A stretch of 64,000 nucleotides of DNA from a virus (lineage: Duplodnaviria; Caudoviricetes), in the IMG/VR virus record IMGVR_UViG_3300037440_000315, positions 1-64,000 of that record. One strand, 5' to 3'. The position numbers and the translations under genes are program-made. Under the pieces are notes generated by a model. The model was not told the DNA's origin and ran no database searches. It saw nothing but the letters and a program-made list of their open reading frames with translations. Each line of letters starts with the position of its first letter. Within the stretch, counting starts at the first letter, position 1. Of this stretch, positions 9,523 to 18,633 are shown in pieces.

Positions 9523-9998
9523 CCACGCGCATCGTCCGCGATCATCAAGACCTGAAGACACTGCTCCAATTTCTTAATGGGCACAAGCTCCCTTTCGTAG
9601 TCACGATCGCGAAAGGCGTTCAGCGCACGTACCTACAGAACAGGTTGCAGCGCAAGTGGATTAATGAAATCGCGGAGCAGCTCGGCGACCGGACGCCGGA
9701 GGAAGTGCGCGGCGAGATCAAGCTTCGTTTCGGCGTGCCGATGCTCCGGGCTGAGAACGAAGCCTTTTGCGAGAAATACGACCGGCTCATCAAGCCCCGA
9801 CCCTACGCGGAAAAGCTCGAAATTATGATGGAGCCTCTCGACTGCCCAATCACTCGGATCATGACCACAGAGCAGAAAAAGCGGTTCCTCGATCAGATTT
9901 TCCACTTCTACACGGAGAAGGGATTTGTACTGACGGAGCCGGAGGACAAGCGGCATGGGCCGCCCGTAGGCGAGAAGGTGACGGAGAGCGCAGCATGA
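9519..9998 (+). CDS. NinB-like protein
   Basis: RT..QNRL..KWINEIAEQ and TRIMT..Q...FLD motifs. Confidence 0.65.
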   Translation: MTTRIVRDHQDLKTLLQFLNGHKLPFVVTIAKGVQRTYLQNRLQRKWINEIAEQLGDRTPEEVRGEIKLRFGVPMLRAENEAFCEKYDRLIKPRPYAEKLEIMMEPLDCPITRIMTTEQKKRFLDQIFHFYTEKGFVLTEPEDKRHGPPVGEKVTESAA

Positions 9999-10219
9999 AG
10001 CCATGTCCCTTTTGCGGTTCCGATGAACCTGAACTGCTGACAGTCGAAGTCTGCACGACGAACCGTCACGGCACATGGAAATCGTATTGCGAGTGTCAGA
10101 ACTGCGGCGCGGTCGGACCGACACATTTCAATCAAGACGGCGAAGAGTCCGCGCGGGAAGGCGCGATCTATATCTGGAATGAGAGAGTCAATATCTGTGC
10201 ATGGAGAGAGCGGGAATGA
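9995..10219 (+). CDS. Lar-like (restriction alleviation) zinc-finger protein
   Basis: MKPCPFCG...CQNCGAVGP...A...WNER. Confidence 0.7.
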   Translation: MKPCPFCGSDEPELLTVEVCTTNRHGTWKSYCECQNCGAVGPTHFNQDGEESAREGAIYIWNERVNICAWRERE

Positions 10220-10479
10220 CACCGAAATCAGAAACGCAAATCCGGATCGCAGCAAAGCTCTACGAAGCCCGAGACACCGTAAGGACGCTCCTCGGGGACA
10301 AGTACCACGAGAAGATGAAGATCGGCATGGATGCCTTGCAAACGCTGTGTGACGAGGAAGAAATTTCACCGCTCGTTGCCGCCACGCGAACGGCAAACAT
10401 GTTTGACCGTGAAGGACGTGGCGCGGCTGCTTTGCTTGTGCTCGCTGCCGCTGTCGAGATGCTGGAGCCGTCAGCATGA
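10216..10479 (+). CDS. Hypothetical protein
   Basis: Coupled ORF. Confidence 0.6.
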   Translation: MTPKSETQIRIAAKLYEARDTVRTLLGDKYHEKMKIGMDALQTLCDEEEISPLVAATRTANMFDREGRGAAALLVLAAAVEMLEPSA

Positions 10480-10685
10480 CCCGCCGCGCCATCCCCTTCC
10501 CCGATCTTGAGGCTGAGATACAGGCCCGTATGCACCCGGAAGCAGTAAAGCGCCGTGGATGGGCAATGCAGGCTGCATGGATAGCCACGGGCTTTCTGAC
10601 AGGGATAGGGATGGCTCTCGGCTATCTGTTCGGTCTGGTTTTCATTCTGCCGGTGGCGGCTGTTTGGAGGAGGGTGAAGCGGTGA
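10476..10685 (+). CDS. Small membrane protein
   Basis: Coupled ORF with hydrophobic C-terminus. Confidence 0.5.
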   Translation: MTRRAIPFPDLEAEIQARMHPEAVKRRGWAMQAAWIATGFLTGIGMALGYLFGLVFILPVAAVWRRVKR

Positions 10686-10770
10686 CGGAATTTCAGGGGG
10701 TAATGATCAGCATACAGCTTTTGTGCGTTGTGGTTTTGCTTGCGGCTATCCTCATAGCGGTAGTCAGAAA

Positions 10771-11136
10771 ATGACTAAGCGAGCCGAATTTACCACGCTG
10801 ACGAAGCTCAAGGCAATGGCGCGCTACGCCCGCTGCCCCGGCGTGTTCGAACTCGGCATCAAGTGCGGGAAGCATTTCGGCACGCTCTCCGAGACTGAGT
10901 TTGATCATATCATGCGGAACGAGATCAAGCCAGACGCATCGCCTGAGAATTGCCGACCGCTTTGCAAGGATTGCCACAAGGCCAAGACGCTCCGCAAAGA
11001 CACGATCGAAGCGAAGAAGGGCCGGAACATTCGCGGCGAGAACAAGCCCAAGCGCAAGGCGAAGATCCAGTCCCGAGGCTTTCCGTCTCCTGAAGAGCGC
11101 CGGGCAGTGAAAGAGAAATACGAGAGGGTGAGATGA
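10771..11136 (+). CDS. HNH endonuclease
   Basis: EFDH..N....NCRPLCKDCHKAKT. Confidence 0.75.
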   Translation: MTKRAEFTTLTKLKAMARYARCPGVFELGIKCGKHFGTLSETEFDHIMRNEIKPDASPENCRPLCKDCHKAKTLRKDTIEAKKGRNIRGENKPKRKAKIQSRGFPSPEERRAVKEKYERVR

Positions 11137-11348
11137 ACATCATACAGATGAAATCTGGCGACTGCGATCGCTGCGAAGGCTGCGGCTATGTGGCCAACAG
11201 CGATGATGCGGAGCCGTGGACGGCGTGGGCAAATCTCCCGATGCAGAGCGCCATAGCCGTTCAGATGGGGCTGGTGAAGCCTGTTCCGTGTCCTGAGTGT
11301 GACGGTAGCGGCGATGCCATTGCAACGGAGGGGAACACCGATGTCTGA
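11133..11348 (+). CDS. Zn-finger small protein (CxxCxGxG x2)
   Basis: CDRCEGCG and CPECDGSG. Confidence 0.65.
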   Translation: MNIIQMKSGDCDRCEGCGYVANSDDAEPWTAWANLPMQSAIAVQMGLVKPVPCPECDGSGDAIATEGNTDV

Positions 11349-11757
11349 CATCATCCGCAACGATTGCCAAGGCGAGCACTTGCCTGACGACGCAATCCCC
11401 ATCGAGATAGAACTTGGCAGCGGTGGCCTTTATTACGGCACCAGTCCGGCGATGAAGGGGCTGCTTGTCACCGGCAAAAGCATCAAGGAATTGATGGAGA
11501 AGGTACCTAATGCCGTCGCTGAATTGAAAGCCGTCGCCGCTTTCGCCGCCGAGATCTCCGCTCTTAAGGAAAAGCTGAACGAGGCGGAACAGATCATCAA
11601 AAGCTTCCATCTCGAATACGTGGACTACAGCGTCATCAACAATCTGTCCGGACACAACAACCATAATCCGCGATGGGCAAGGCGATTTTTGGACATGAAA
11701 GAAGAATTGTCGATCGATGATGCCCGCGCTTTTCTGACGGTGAATAACGATGGATAG
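11341..11757 (+). CDS. Hypothetical protein
   Basis: RBS and operon position. Confidence 0.6.
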   Translation: MSDIIRNDCQGEHLPDDAIPIEIELGSGGLYYGTSPAMKGLLVTGKSIKELMEKVPNAVAELKAVAAFAAEISALKEKLNEAEQIIKSFHLEYVDYSVINNLSGHNNHNPRWARRFLDMKEELSIDDARAFLTVNNDG

Positions 11758-12043
11758 ATCTGAAAAAATATTGGAAGCGGAAGCTGATCTGAATTCCGCT
11801 AAGCGCTCATATCTGGTCAGCCACGGTTGGAAGGAAACGTGCAATACGCCCGGCGCTTTCTGGCTTTGGCAGCGTGATTTTAGCACGCTTGATGCAAGCC
11901 GAATGGATTGGTGGGAGAAGACCATAGCAGAAAATCCGGTATTGAAGAATCCAAGCAAGCCAAAACCTTACGGGACCATGACTGTCCCAATGGATATCGC
12001 CATCAAGATGACAGAGGCAGTCTTGGAGAACACCGATGTCTGA
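11750..12043 (+). CDS. Hypothetical protein
   Basis: Overlapping operon ORF. Confidence 0.55.
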   Translation: MDRSEKILEAEADLNSAKRSYLVSHGWKETCNTPGAFWLWQRDFSTLDASRMDWWEKTIAENPVLKNPSKPKPYGTMTVPMDIAIKMTEAVLENTDV

Positions 12044-12151
12044 CATGGACAAGTTCATCGATCAGATGGTCAAACACCATTGCGCCACGATGGCGATTGA
12101 AGGCAACGAGCGCATGCGGGACGCCTCTAATCCCGAGACCGGAGGCGACAG

Positions 12152-12370
12152 ATGAGCGACGCACCGCTTCTGCGCTGCCCGATCTGTGCAGGCGCCGGAC
12201 AGATTGAGCCACCTGCAAACCAATACGATGAACAGGCGGCAAAGAGGATCATGGCCAGAGCGCTTCGAGATCACGGCTACAGTTTTCGAGAGATCATGAG
12301 GCTTTGCGGATGGAAGTCGCCACGTAGCGCGGCGCTCGCTTGCGGAGCGGAGAAGGGAGGCGACCAGTGA
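12152..12370 (+). CDS. Small Zn-finger/HTH protein
   Basis: CPICAGAG and GYSFREIMRLCGWKS. Confidence 0.6.
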   Translation: MSDAPLLRCPICAGAGQIEPPANQYDEQAAKRIMARALRDHGYSFREIMRLCGWKSPRSAALACGAEKGGDQ

Positions 12371-12774
12371 CCGACGTTCGCATGATCACAATCCAGGAGC
12401 TTCAGAAGCAGTACCCGACCGATCCGCCGCCATCGGCGCGGTGGATCTCATCGAAAGCGAAACTGCACAAGCTCGGCAAGCAGCATGGTAAATTCTTCCT
12501 CGTCAGAGAGGATTTCATCCAGCGCTACAGCGAGATAGACGAATGCCAAGTTACCGAAAAAAGCTCAAGAAAGACGGAACGGTCACATACACCTACCGGG
12601 GCAAGCTCCCGTTCAGGAAAGCGGACGGGACGATCGGATACAGACCCCGTGAGCTTGGCACTGGCGCTAGCACGCTCGCCGAAGCCCGTATCATCGGAAA
12701 GCAGATCGAGAGAGCCCATCACGAGCGCCTCAATCTCCCGCTTGCCGAAGCGGTTGACGACCGTGAACGGGTAA
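12367..12774 (+). CDS. Excisionase-like protein whose tail overlaps the integrase start
   Basis: Basic N-terminal domain immediately upstream of and overlapping the integrase; assignment is mainly positional. Confidence 0.45.
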   Translation: MTDVRMITIQELQKQYPTDPPPSARWISSKAKLHKLGKQHGKFFLVREDFIQRYSEIDECQVTEKSSRKTERSHTPTGASSRSGKRTGRSDTDPVSLALALARSPKPVSSESRSREPITSASISRLPKRLTTVNG

Positions 12775-13619
12775 CATTTGCAATGGCGGCTTTGTCATAC
12801 ATGCAATCCGGTGGTGAACGGACCTATCTTGCGCCGATCATTGAGCGCATCGGCAAGACGCCTTTGGGTGACGTGACCCAGGAGCTTGTTCAGGAGCTTG
12901 TCGCGGCCAAGGCTGGCTGCAAGCCATCATACATTAATCGGATAATCTTTACACCGATTCTGGCGGTTTTGAACCATGCGGCCAAGCTGAAGATGTGCCC
13001 GCCGCCGATCCTGATCAGGCCGAAAGGCCACGACAAGGCCCCGGCGCTGAAGCTTCCCGGTGAGGACTGGTTCCGCGCGGTCTGGCCGCATCTGTCGGAA
13101 TCGAAGCGCGCGGCGACGCTGCTGATCACCCTGCATGGATTGCGCATCTCGGAAGCGCTGAAGCGGACGCCGGCCGATCTGAATATGGCGCGCGGCGAGT
13201 TGTCGATACCCGACACGAAGACCGGCGAGCCTGCCCTGATCTCACTCTCCGAACCCGTGCTCGAAGCGATCCGCGAAATCCCGAACTGGCCAAATCAGAA
13301 ATGGCTGTTCGGCACCTGTCACGCATCGAATTATCGCAAGTCGATTGTCCGCGCCTGCGAGGCAGCAGGACAACCCGTCTACGGATCGCACGCCATCGGG
13401 CGGCATTCATTTTCAACCCGCGTTTTGCAGGAAGGCAAGAGCCTGAAATTCCTGATGAACGCCGGGCGCTGGAAAACGGCGAAAATGCCGATGCAGCGCT
13501 ATGGGCATTTGGAGCAATCCGAAGTGCAGGATGAAGTGAAGAACATCGCGTCGAGGTGGCAGGGAATGCGGGGTGACGCGGATGTTGTGAGGCTGGCGGA
13601 TAAGAGGAAATCACGATGA
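12543..13619 (+). CDS. int: Tyrosine recombinase/integrase
   Basis: Catalytic set: HGLRISE (R), DTKTG (K), HAIGRHSF (HxxxR), GRW (W), RYGH (Y). Confidence 0.92.
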   Translation: MPSYRKKLKKDGTVTYTYRGKLPFRKADGTIGYRPRELGTGASTLAEARIIGKQIERAHHERLNLPLAEAVDDRERVTFAMAALSYMQSGGERTYLAPIIERIGKTPLGDVTQELVQELVAAKAGCKPSYINRIIFTPILAVLNHAAKLKMCPPPILIRPKGHDKAPALKLPGEDWFRAVWPHLSESKRAATLLITLHGLRISEALKRTPADLNMARGELSIPDTKTGEPALISLSEPVLEAIREIPNWPNQKWLFGTCHASNYRKSIVRACEAAGQPVYGSHAIGRHSFSTRVLQEGKSLKFLMNAGRWKTAKMPMQRYGHLEQSEVQDEVKNIASRWQGMRGDADVVRLADKRKSR

Positions 13620-13637
13620 CACTGGAATCATAAGGGC

Positions 13638-14105
13638 GTGACCGTGACCGATCAGGAAGAGGATGAATACGACTACGACTATGACGATGCAGCAGAGTGT
13701 GACTGCTCCCATGCTGAGGTCGATATTCTGACCGGCGAGTCCTATTGCCTGTCTTGCCGCAGAACAAGAGTGCTTAGCAGCGAAGAACTGACACGTGAAC
13801 TCCAGCTACAGGCTGAAGCCTATGAGGCTTACGTTGCTGAATCCAGCATTGATGAGGATAGAGGCTTGATGAGTGAGATGGAAACAATTGAAGCAGCAAC
13901 GCGCGACGAGGCTTTCCAAGCCGCATGCCAAAGGTACGCCCATGCAAATGGCAGTTCAATGGCGATCATGTCTGCTGCAAAAGCAGCACTAGATCGAGTG
14001 AGGCAAAAGGAAAAGGCCCCGAAGGGCCTTACTGGTTCAGATGAACGCCCAACCGCCTTGGGTGTGGTCGTAGGGGATGCCGGTGATTTCATCGACATCG
14101 AATGA
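13638..14105 (+). CDS. Acidic hypothetical protein
   Basis: ORF downstream of int. Confidence 0.5.
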   Translation: MTVTDQEEDEYDYDYDDAAECDCSHAEVDILTGESYCLSCRRTRVLSSEELTRELQLQAEAYEAYVAESSIDEDRGLMSEMETIEAATRDEAFQAACQRYAHANGSSMAIMSAAKAALDRVRQKEKAPKGLTGSDERPTALGVVVGDAGDFIDIE

Positions 14106-14252
14106 AAAGTCTCCGACCGCGTACCAACCGTGCCTGTATCCGTAAGCAGCTTCATCGTAGTTGGCGGTGCGGCCGAAGGTGAAGTCGATGCGGGCGATTG
14201 TGTTGGCTTTGAAATTGGTACGGGCGATTTCGAGGGCTTCGTTGCGGGTCAT
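14037..14252 (-). CDS. Hypothetical protein (moron)
   Basis: GGAG RBS and its own promoter (TTGACG-17-TATATA). Confidence 0.65.
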   Translation of the reverse strand: MTRNEALEIARTNFKANTIARIDFTFGRTANYDEAAYGYRHGWYAVGDFSFDVDEITGIPYDHTQGGWAFI

Positions 14253-14282
14253 TGGTTGTCTCCGTTGTGTTTCGATGACTTA

Positions 14283-14353
14283 TATATAATGCATCCCATG
14301 GGATGCGTCAATAGGAAAATGCATTTGACGCAGAAATTATTTTGGGATACATT
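14283..14353. promoter_or_regulatory. Divergent promoters with palindromic operator GCATCCCATGGGATGC
   Basis: Minus strand TTGACG(14306-11)-17-TATATA; plus strand TTGACG(14325-30)-17-TACATT; 16-bp palindrome at 14291-14306. Confidence 0.6.
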
Positions 14354-14359
14354 GGCGAC

Positions 14360-14524
14360 ATGACACAAGACACGCAGATTGCCGTTCGCATCTCTGAGCG
14401 TTTGCTGGATGTGCTGGACGATTTGAGACGAAACGAGAAAGACCTGCCAAGCCGTGCGGAGATGATCCGGAGACTTATCGAGCGTGGTGCGAAGCATGCA
14501 AAGAAACATGAAGCCGGTGACTGA
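14360..14524 (+). CDS. Ribbon-helix-helix (CopG-like) regulator
   Basis: TQIAVRISERLLDVLDDLR...PSRAEMIRRLIE. Confidence 0.75.
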   Translation: MTQDTQIAVRISERLLDVLDDLRRNEKDLPSRAEMIRRLIERGAKHAKKHEAGD

Positions 14525-14685
14525 CCGTGAAGGCTTCATTAGGAGGGGATGGCTCATCCCGGCGCTTCGGCAGGCCGGTCAAACCATCCCCTCCGAACCA
14601 AGAGACCGATGGTTCCAGCGATGGTTTTTGAAAAACCCAACTAAGGTTTTCGTTATGCAGCAACGATTTTTAACCCTATGCCGCC

Positions 14686-14733
14686 ACCTTGCCAAGGTAA
14701 GGGTCGTCGGTTCGAATCCGATCGCCCGCTCCA
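14686..14733 (+). other. att core: 3' half of tRNA-Gly(GCC), attP-like
   Basis: ACC-TTGCCAA-GGT anticodon loop, T-arm GTCGG-TTCGAAT-CCGAT, ends GCCCGCTCCA. No 5' half or D-arm is present. About 1 kb downstream of int. Confidence 0.85.
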
Positions 14734-14969
14734 TAAATTCACCTTGCAAATCAACGGTTTTATCATTGGAAACGGCGAGTTCGCTGTTGTTCCAACGCGC
14801 GACGTATGCCGATAATGTCGTCAATTATGGATGGGATATATCATGAACGTTGGAAGCGTCGCGGTACCAGAACCATCGGCACGTTCGGCACCTGTTCTAA
14901 CCGAACGCGCCATGCTCTCCGTATATAAGAGGGTAGAGGGGAGTTCGGAGAAAGCTCACGGAGGATGAG

Positions 14970-15185
14970 ATGAGCGAATACAAGCTTACACCGGCTCAAG
15001 AACGCATCGTCGAGGTGCTGATGAAGCGACCATTGGAAATACCGGCGAAGACCATCGGCTACGGATGGCGGCTTCCGCTTGGCGTCGAGATGAGAACGAT
15101 CGATGCGCTTGTGCGCCGGAGCATCGTCAAGAAGAGGATCGAGGGTACCGGGTTCAAACGACGTCTGATCGTGACAATGGCCTAA
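14970..15185 (+). CDS. Hypothetical protein
   Basis: GGAGG RBS. Confidence 0.6.
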   Translation: MSEYKLTPAQERIVEVLMKRPLEIPAKTIGYGWRLPLGVEMRTIDALVRRSIVKKRIEGTGFKRRLIVTMA

Positions 15186-15237
15186 CACCCATTCCCCCGC
15201 ACGCTCTATACGCGAATGACAATGAAAGGAAACTGAG

Positions 15238-15831
15238 ATGAATAAAGGAAATAACCCCGCAGCTATTTCAGCCCTCGCAAAGGGCGACCTCGAAAATTTT
15301 CTGGTTGCTTCGACTCCAGGCGGCATTGAAGCGCAGGAGAAGCGCGGCCAAGAGGCGCTCGTGGCGTCAACCAACATGCCGAAGGAAATGAGCCCAAATC
15401 GTGAAGCCTTCGAGGCGCTTGGATTCGAGTTTGGCGATGACGTTGACGATATATTCGTCTCGGCAAAACTTCCAGAAGGCTGGACGCGGGCTGCGACTGA
15501 TCACTCCATGCATTCCGATATTCTCGATGAGCAAGGCCGACGCCGTGTTGCAATCTTCTACAAGGCCGCTTTTTATGACCGTCATGCTAACGCACATCTG
15601 GTGCCGAGATTCAGGGTTACAAGCCTTTACCCGAAAGAGGACCGCCGTCTTGAAGAAAATGAGTTTCTTCCAGTTGTCGTGGAAGACGCTGGCATTGAAA
15701 TCCATCGCTTGGGGGAAGCCAAATATATCGGCGATTGGGAGCTACGCGATCGGCTGCACAAAGAGGGCGAGAACTGGCTGAACGAAAACCGTCCCGGATG
15801 GGATGACCCCGTAAAGGGATGGAGCATCTAG
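15238..15831 (+). CDS. Conserved hypothetical phage protein
   Basis: PGGIEAQE..GQ, LPEGW, D..GRRR..IFYKAAFYDR.A motifs. Confidence 0.75.
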   Translation: MNKGNNPAAISALAKGDLENFLVASTPGGIEAQEKRGQEALVASTNMPKEMSPNREAFEALGFEFGDDVDDIFVSAKLPEGWTRAATDHSMHSDILDEQGRRRVAIFYKAAFYDRHANAHLVPRFRVTSLYPKEDRRLEENEFLPVVVEDAGIEIHRLGEAKYIGDWELRDRLHKEGENWLNENRPGWDDPVKGWSI

Positions 15832-15869
15832 CGCACGCTCTATACGCGGGGGAGGAAAGGAAATAGAGA

Positions 15870-16253
15870 ATGAGCGAAAAGCTACACCCGATACAGCCTC
15901 TTGTCATGACCGACAGCGGCGTCCTTCGGTTCAAGAAAAATGCGATTGTCGATTTTCTTCTTGAAGCCGGGCCGTTTGACTTGAACCAGCTCGCAGTGAT
16001 GGATTTCAGCCGCGAAGATTGGGAACAGTTTGCCCAGCTTATCGGCTATTCACACAGCGGCGCGTTTGATCTGGACTACATATCTCGGGAAGTTCTGGAA
16101 AGCGCCGAGATCGCCCACGAAAACGGTGTAAGCGAGATCGAAGCCCGCAACCAATATTTGCGCGAAACGCTGCAAGACATCAAGATGAAAATGCGCGATG
16201 CCGTAGCGGCACTGTACGGCGTTCATCCAGACGATTTGACTGATGAGCCTTGA
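15870..16253 (+). CDS. Conserved hypothetical phage protein
   Basis: HPIQP..GVLRFKKNAIV..D.EQFAQLIGYS motif. Confidence 0.75.
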   Translation: MSEKLHPIQPLVMTDSGVLRFKKNAIVDFLLEAGPFDLNQLAVMDFSREDWEQFAQLIGYSHSGAFDLDYISREVLESAEIAHENGVSEIEARNQYLRETLQDIKMKMRDAVAALYGVHPDDLTDEP

Positions 16254-16555
16254 TGGCAGACGAGGCGATGGGCGCGGGATATGGCGTCAGCCTGATGGAG
16301 AGGAAGATGAGCGACGCCGCCGTAGAAGCTTATTGGCAAAAACACTACCTGGATAGGCATTGCACACTGTGCGCCAATTGGGGAATTATCGATTCACGCG
16401 CATCTGGCATAACGCCGGCAGGTTTTCGCGTGGGCCGGCTGAATTTCTGCATATGCCCGAACGGACAGTCTTTGAGAGAGCAGAATGCCGATATCGAATC
16501 CTGGTTTCGAGGACGCAGCACTGAAGCTTGGGGGAAAGACCCTAACGCGGATTAA
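16250..16555 (+). CDS. Cys-containing hypothetical protein
   Basis: CTLC...CICPNG. Confidence 0.55.
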   Translation: MMADEAMGAGYGVSLMERKMSDAAVEAYWQKHYLDRHCTLCANWGIIDSRASGITPAGFRVGRLNFCICPNGQSLREQNADIESWFRGRSTEAWGKDPNAD

Positions 16556-16579
16556 CCCCGGGATGAATAGGAGAGGGAA

Positions 16580-16843
16580 ATGGGACCGTTAATCACGCGC
16601 GATAGGGATGGCCTGTTTTATGATACCGAATATCCAGTCCTTTCGAATACTCGCGATTATCCAATCGGTGACTGGGAAGAGCTGGACAACCTCCGTACCA
16701 CCCTAAATAACCGCATTCTGATCCCTGAAAGGGTTGGCCCGAGAGACGTTTATTACGCCATCACCCGCTGGAGACGCTCGGAACGGTACAGGGAAATAGC
16801 TTTTGCGCCTCCGGCATACAGTGCCCAATCATCCGGCGAATAG
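16580..16843 (+). CDS. Hypothetical protein
   Basis: Strong RBS, followed by a GC hairpin. Confidence 0.55.
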   Translation: MGPLITRDRDGLFYDTEYPVLSNTRDYPIGDWEELDNLRTTLNNRILIPERVGPRDVYYAITRWRRSERYREIAFAPPAYSAQSSGE

Positions 16844-16892
16844 CCCCGTCCCGCTCTTAGCGGCCCGAGACACCATTCCATATAGGGGGCGG

Positions 16893-17273
16893 CTATTCCG
16901 GCTTCCATCCCCCTTGCGAGCGCATCCAGTTCGTGCGCTCTTCAAGAACAGCGCTTTGTATTCTGGATTCGTTTGCCATCTTTTCCGATTCAATACGAAC
17001 TTCGTAGGTTCGTTTTTCCAGCTCGACGCGGGCCTCTAAGGCCATTCTTTCCGAGGCGTCGAATTTCTGCTGAAGCATGGTGACGCTTTGCGTTACTGGC
17101 GTAATCGCCTCATAGAGATGGAATTTAGCAAATGCAAAAACAATCGCACATGCTCCAAGCGTTGCGAGCAACGTGCCGATAACCTGAGAAAAGCCTGGAT
17201 TTTGCGGGCGGTCAAGAAGTCTCTGAACGTCTGTCTCCAGCCGGTCGACGCGGCCGGTGAGATCGTCGGACAT
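16893..17273 (-). CDS. Single-TM coiled-coil protein (late region, possible lysis accessory)
   Basis: RVDRLE N-terminus, TM helix, coiled coil. Confidence 0.65.
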   Translation of the reverse strand: MSDDLTGRVDRLETDVQRLLDRPQNPGFSQVIGTLLATLGACAIVFAFAKFHLYEAITPVTQSVTMLQQKFDASERMALEARVELEKRTYEVRIESEKMANESRIQSAVLEERTNWMRSQGGWKPE

Positions 17274-17274
17274 T

Positions 17275-17709
17275 TCAGAACAAGCCGACGATCAAAGCGA
17301 CGGCAATCGCACCGATGCTGCCCCAGAATATCACATGCCCGGCAAGCTTCGCATAGTACGTCACGGCATCCCGGTCAACCATCCAATAGCGGCGGCGGGG
17401 TCTCCGCCTTTGGCGAGGTAGATAATTATCAGGATACCAGTCGCCCACTTGATTATCGGCGCTGACAGCGGGTCCAAAATAACGTCGGTGAACCTCCGCG
17501 ACGGAGGCTGCGCCTCTGTCGATCGCATAGAGGTAATCAAAGCTTTCAGTTCCTTGATTTCCCTGTAGATAATCCCTTGGCGCTGGTGCAACTCTTTCTG
17601 CCGATGGAGCATATCCAGTTGAGTTTCTCGAATTCTGATCAGGGCAAGATGATCCGACATGTTTTCTGTCATGCCCATTGACGGCTTGCTCCGATGTCTG
17701 AGTATTCAT
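17275..17709 (-). CDS. Membrane protein (a second plausible ORF, 17361-17678, overlaps it)
   Basis: C-terminal TM; abuts the next gene. Confidence 0.45.
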   Translation of the reverse strand: MNTQTSEQAVNGHDRKHVGSSCPDQNSRNSTGYAPSAERVAPAPRDYLQGNQGTESFDYLYAIDRGAASVAEVHRRYFGPAVSADNQVGDWYPDNYLPRQRRRPRRRYWMVDRDAVTYYAKLAGHVIFWGSIGAIAVALIVGLF

Positions 17710-18013
17710 TGCCTTTGCTTTGCCTTATATTTGGTGGATGTTGGATCAGCCATTTGGCGAAGCTATTTCTTCGTCTGGTGGTCAGTGGCAGTCGTCGATC
17801 TCAACCATCGGCGCTTGCCACGCTGCTTAGTGTCTTGAATTCAGTGTAAAGCAATGCACAAAGGGTTTTGTGTATCGCGGGGGATAAGCCATGAGTTGCA
17901 AACGCTTCGTTTATGAACGCTGGGATATCACGGATTACAGGGTGTTTCCGATATCCGCTGCTTAAGTCTGTGGTATAATCTACAGATGATTCAATCGGTT
18001 AAGAGATACTCAG

Positions 18014-18391
18014 ATGCGCCATGTTTACGGAAGCAGATTTGCAGAAACCGACGAAGAGCGTCTTCTCAGACAAGACATCGTCGAGCTTCAAAGGGAAGTT
18101 GAGCGGTGGCGTCAAATCGCCCAACAGACGCCCGTACCCATCGTCGTCGAACACGGCGACAACACGGAAATCATCGGACAGACGAATCTGATCCTGCAAG
18201 CCGAACGATCAAAGCTCCGTTCTGCAATCCGCACTCTCGTTCAGGCGCACACGCGCGACGACCCGCGAGTTGGGTACACCGTCTCGTCTATGGCTGATGA
18301 TCTTCACATGCGCTTCAACCAGCAAGAGTACATCGAAGCTTGGGGCACGCTACGCAAGGAACTGCATGAGCAGACCGAGCCAGATAGATGA
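18014..18391 (+). CDS. Hypothetical protein (counter-oriented moron)
   Basis: Preceded by TGGTATAAT; coupled to the next ORF. Confidence 0.55.
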   Translation: MRHVYGSRFAETDEERLLRQDIVELQREVERWRQIAQQTPVPIVVEHGDNTEIIGQTNLILQAERSKLRSAIRTLVQAHTRDDPRVGYTVSSMADDLHMRFNQQEYIEAWGTLRKELHEQTEPDR

Positions 18392-18633
18392 AAATCCACT
18401 ACTCAGACGGACGAATAGTAGAAGACCCTCGCGAGTGCTTTCCTGGTGATCGTCCTGATCTTCCGGACGAGAAGAGGCAGGATTTATATGTTGCGCATAT
18501 TCGCGCCCTGCATAGAAATCGCTTCCCGTGTGGTTGGAACAACGATGTGGGGGTCAAGCGTTGCATGACTTCCAACTGCAACCGAGAATCCGGCCCTTGC
18601 GATCGGTGGAAAGAATTGGATGAAGGATCATGA
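18388..18633 (+). CDS. Hypothetical protein
   Basis: ATGA-coupled ORF. Confidence 0.5.
   Translation: MKIHYSDGRIVEDPRECFPGDRPDLPDEKRQDLYVAHIRALHRNRFPCGWNNDVGVKRCMTSNCNRESGPCDRWKELDEGS

Noticed and set aside
14640-14733. Intact tRNA-Gly gene
   Set aside because: No 5' acceptor strand or D-arm, and the anticodon stem is only partly paired.
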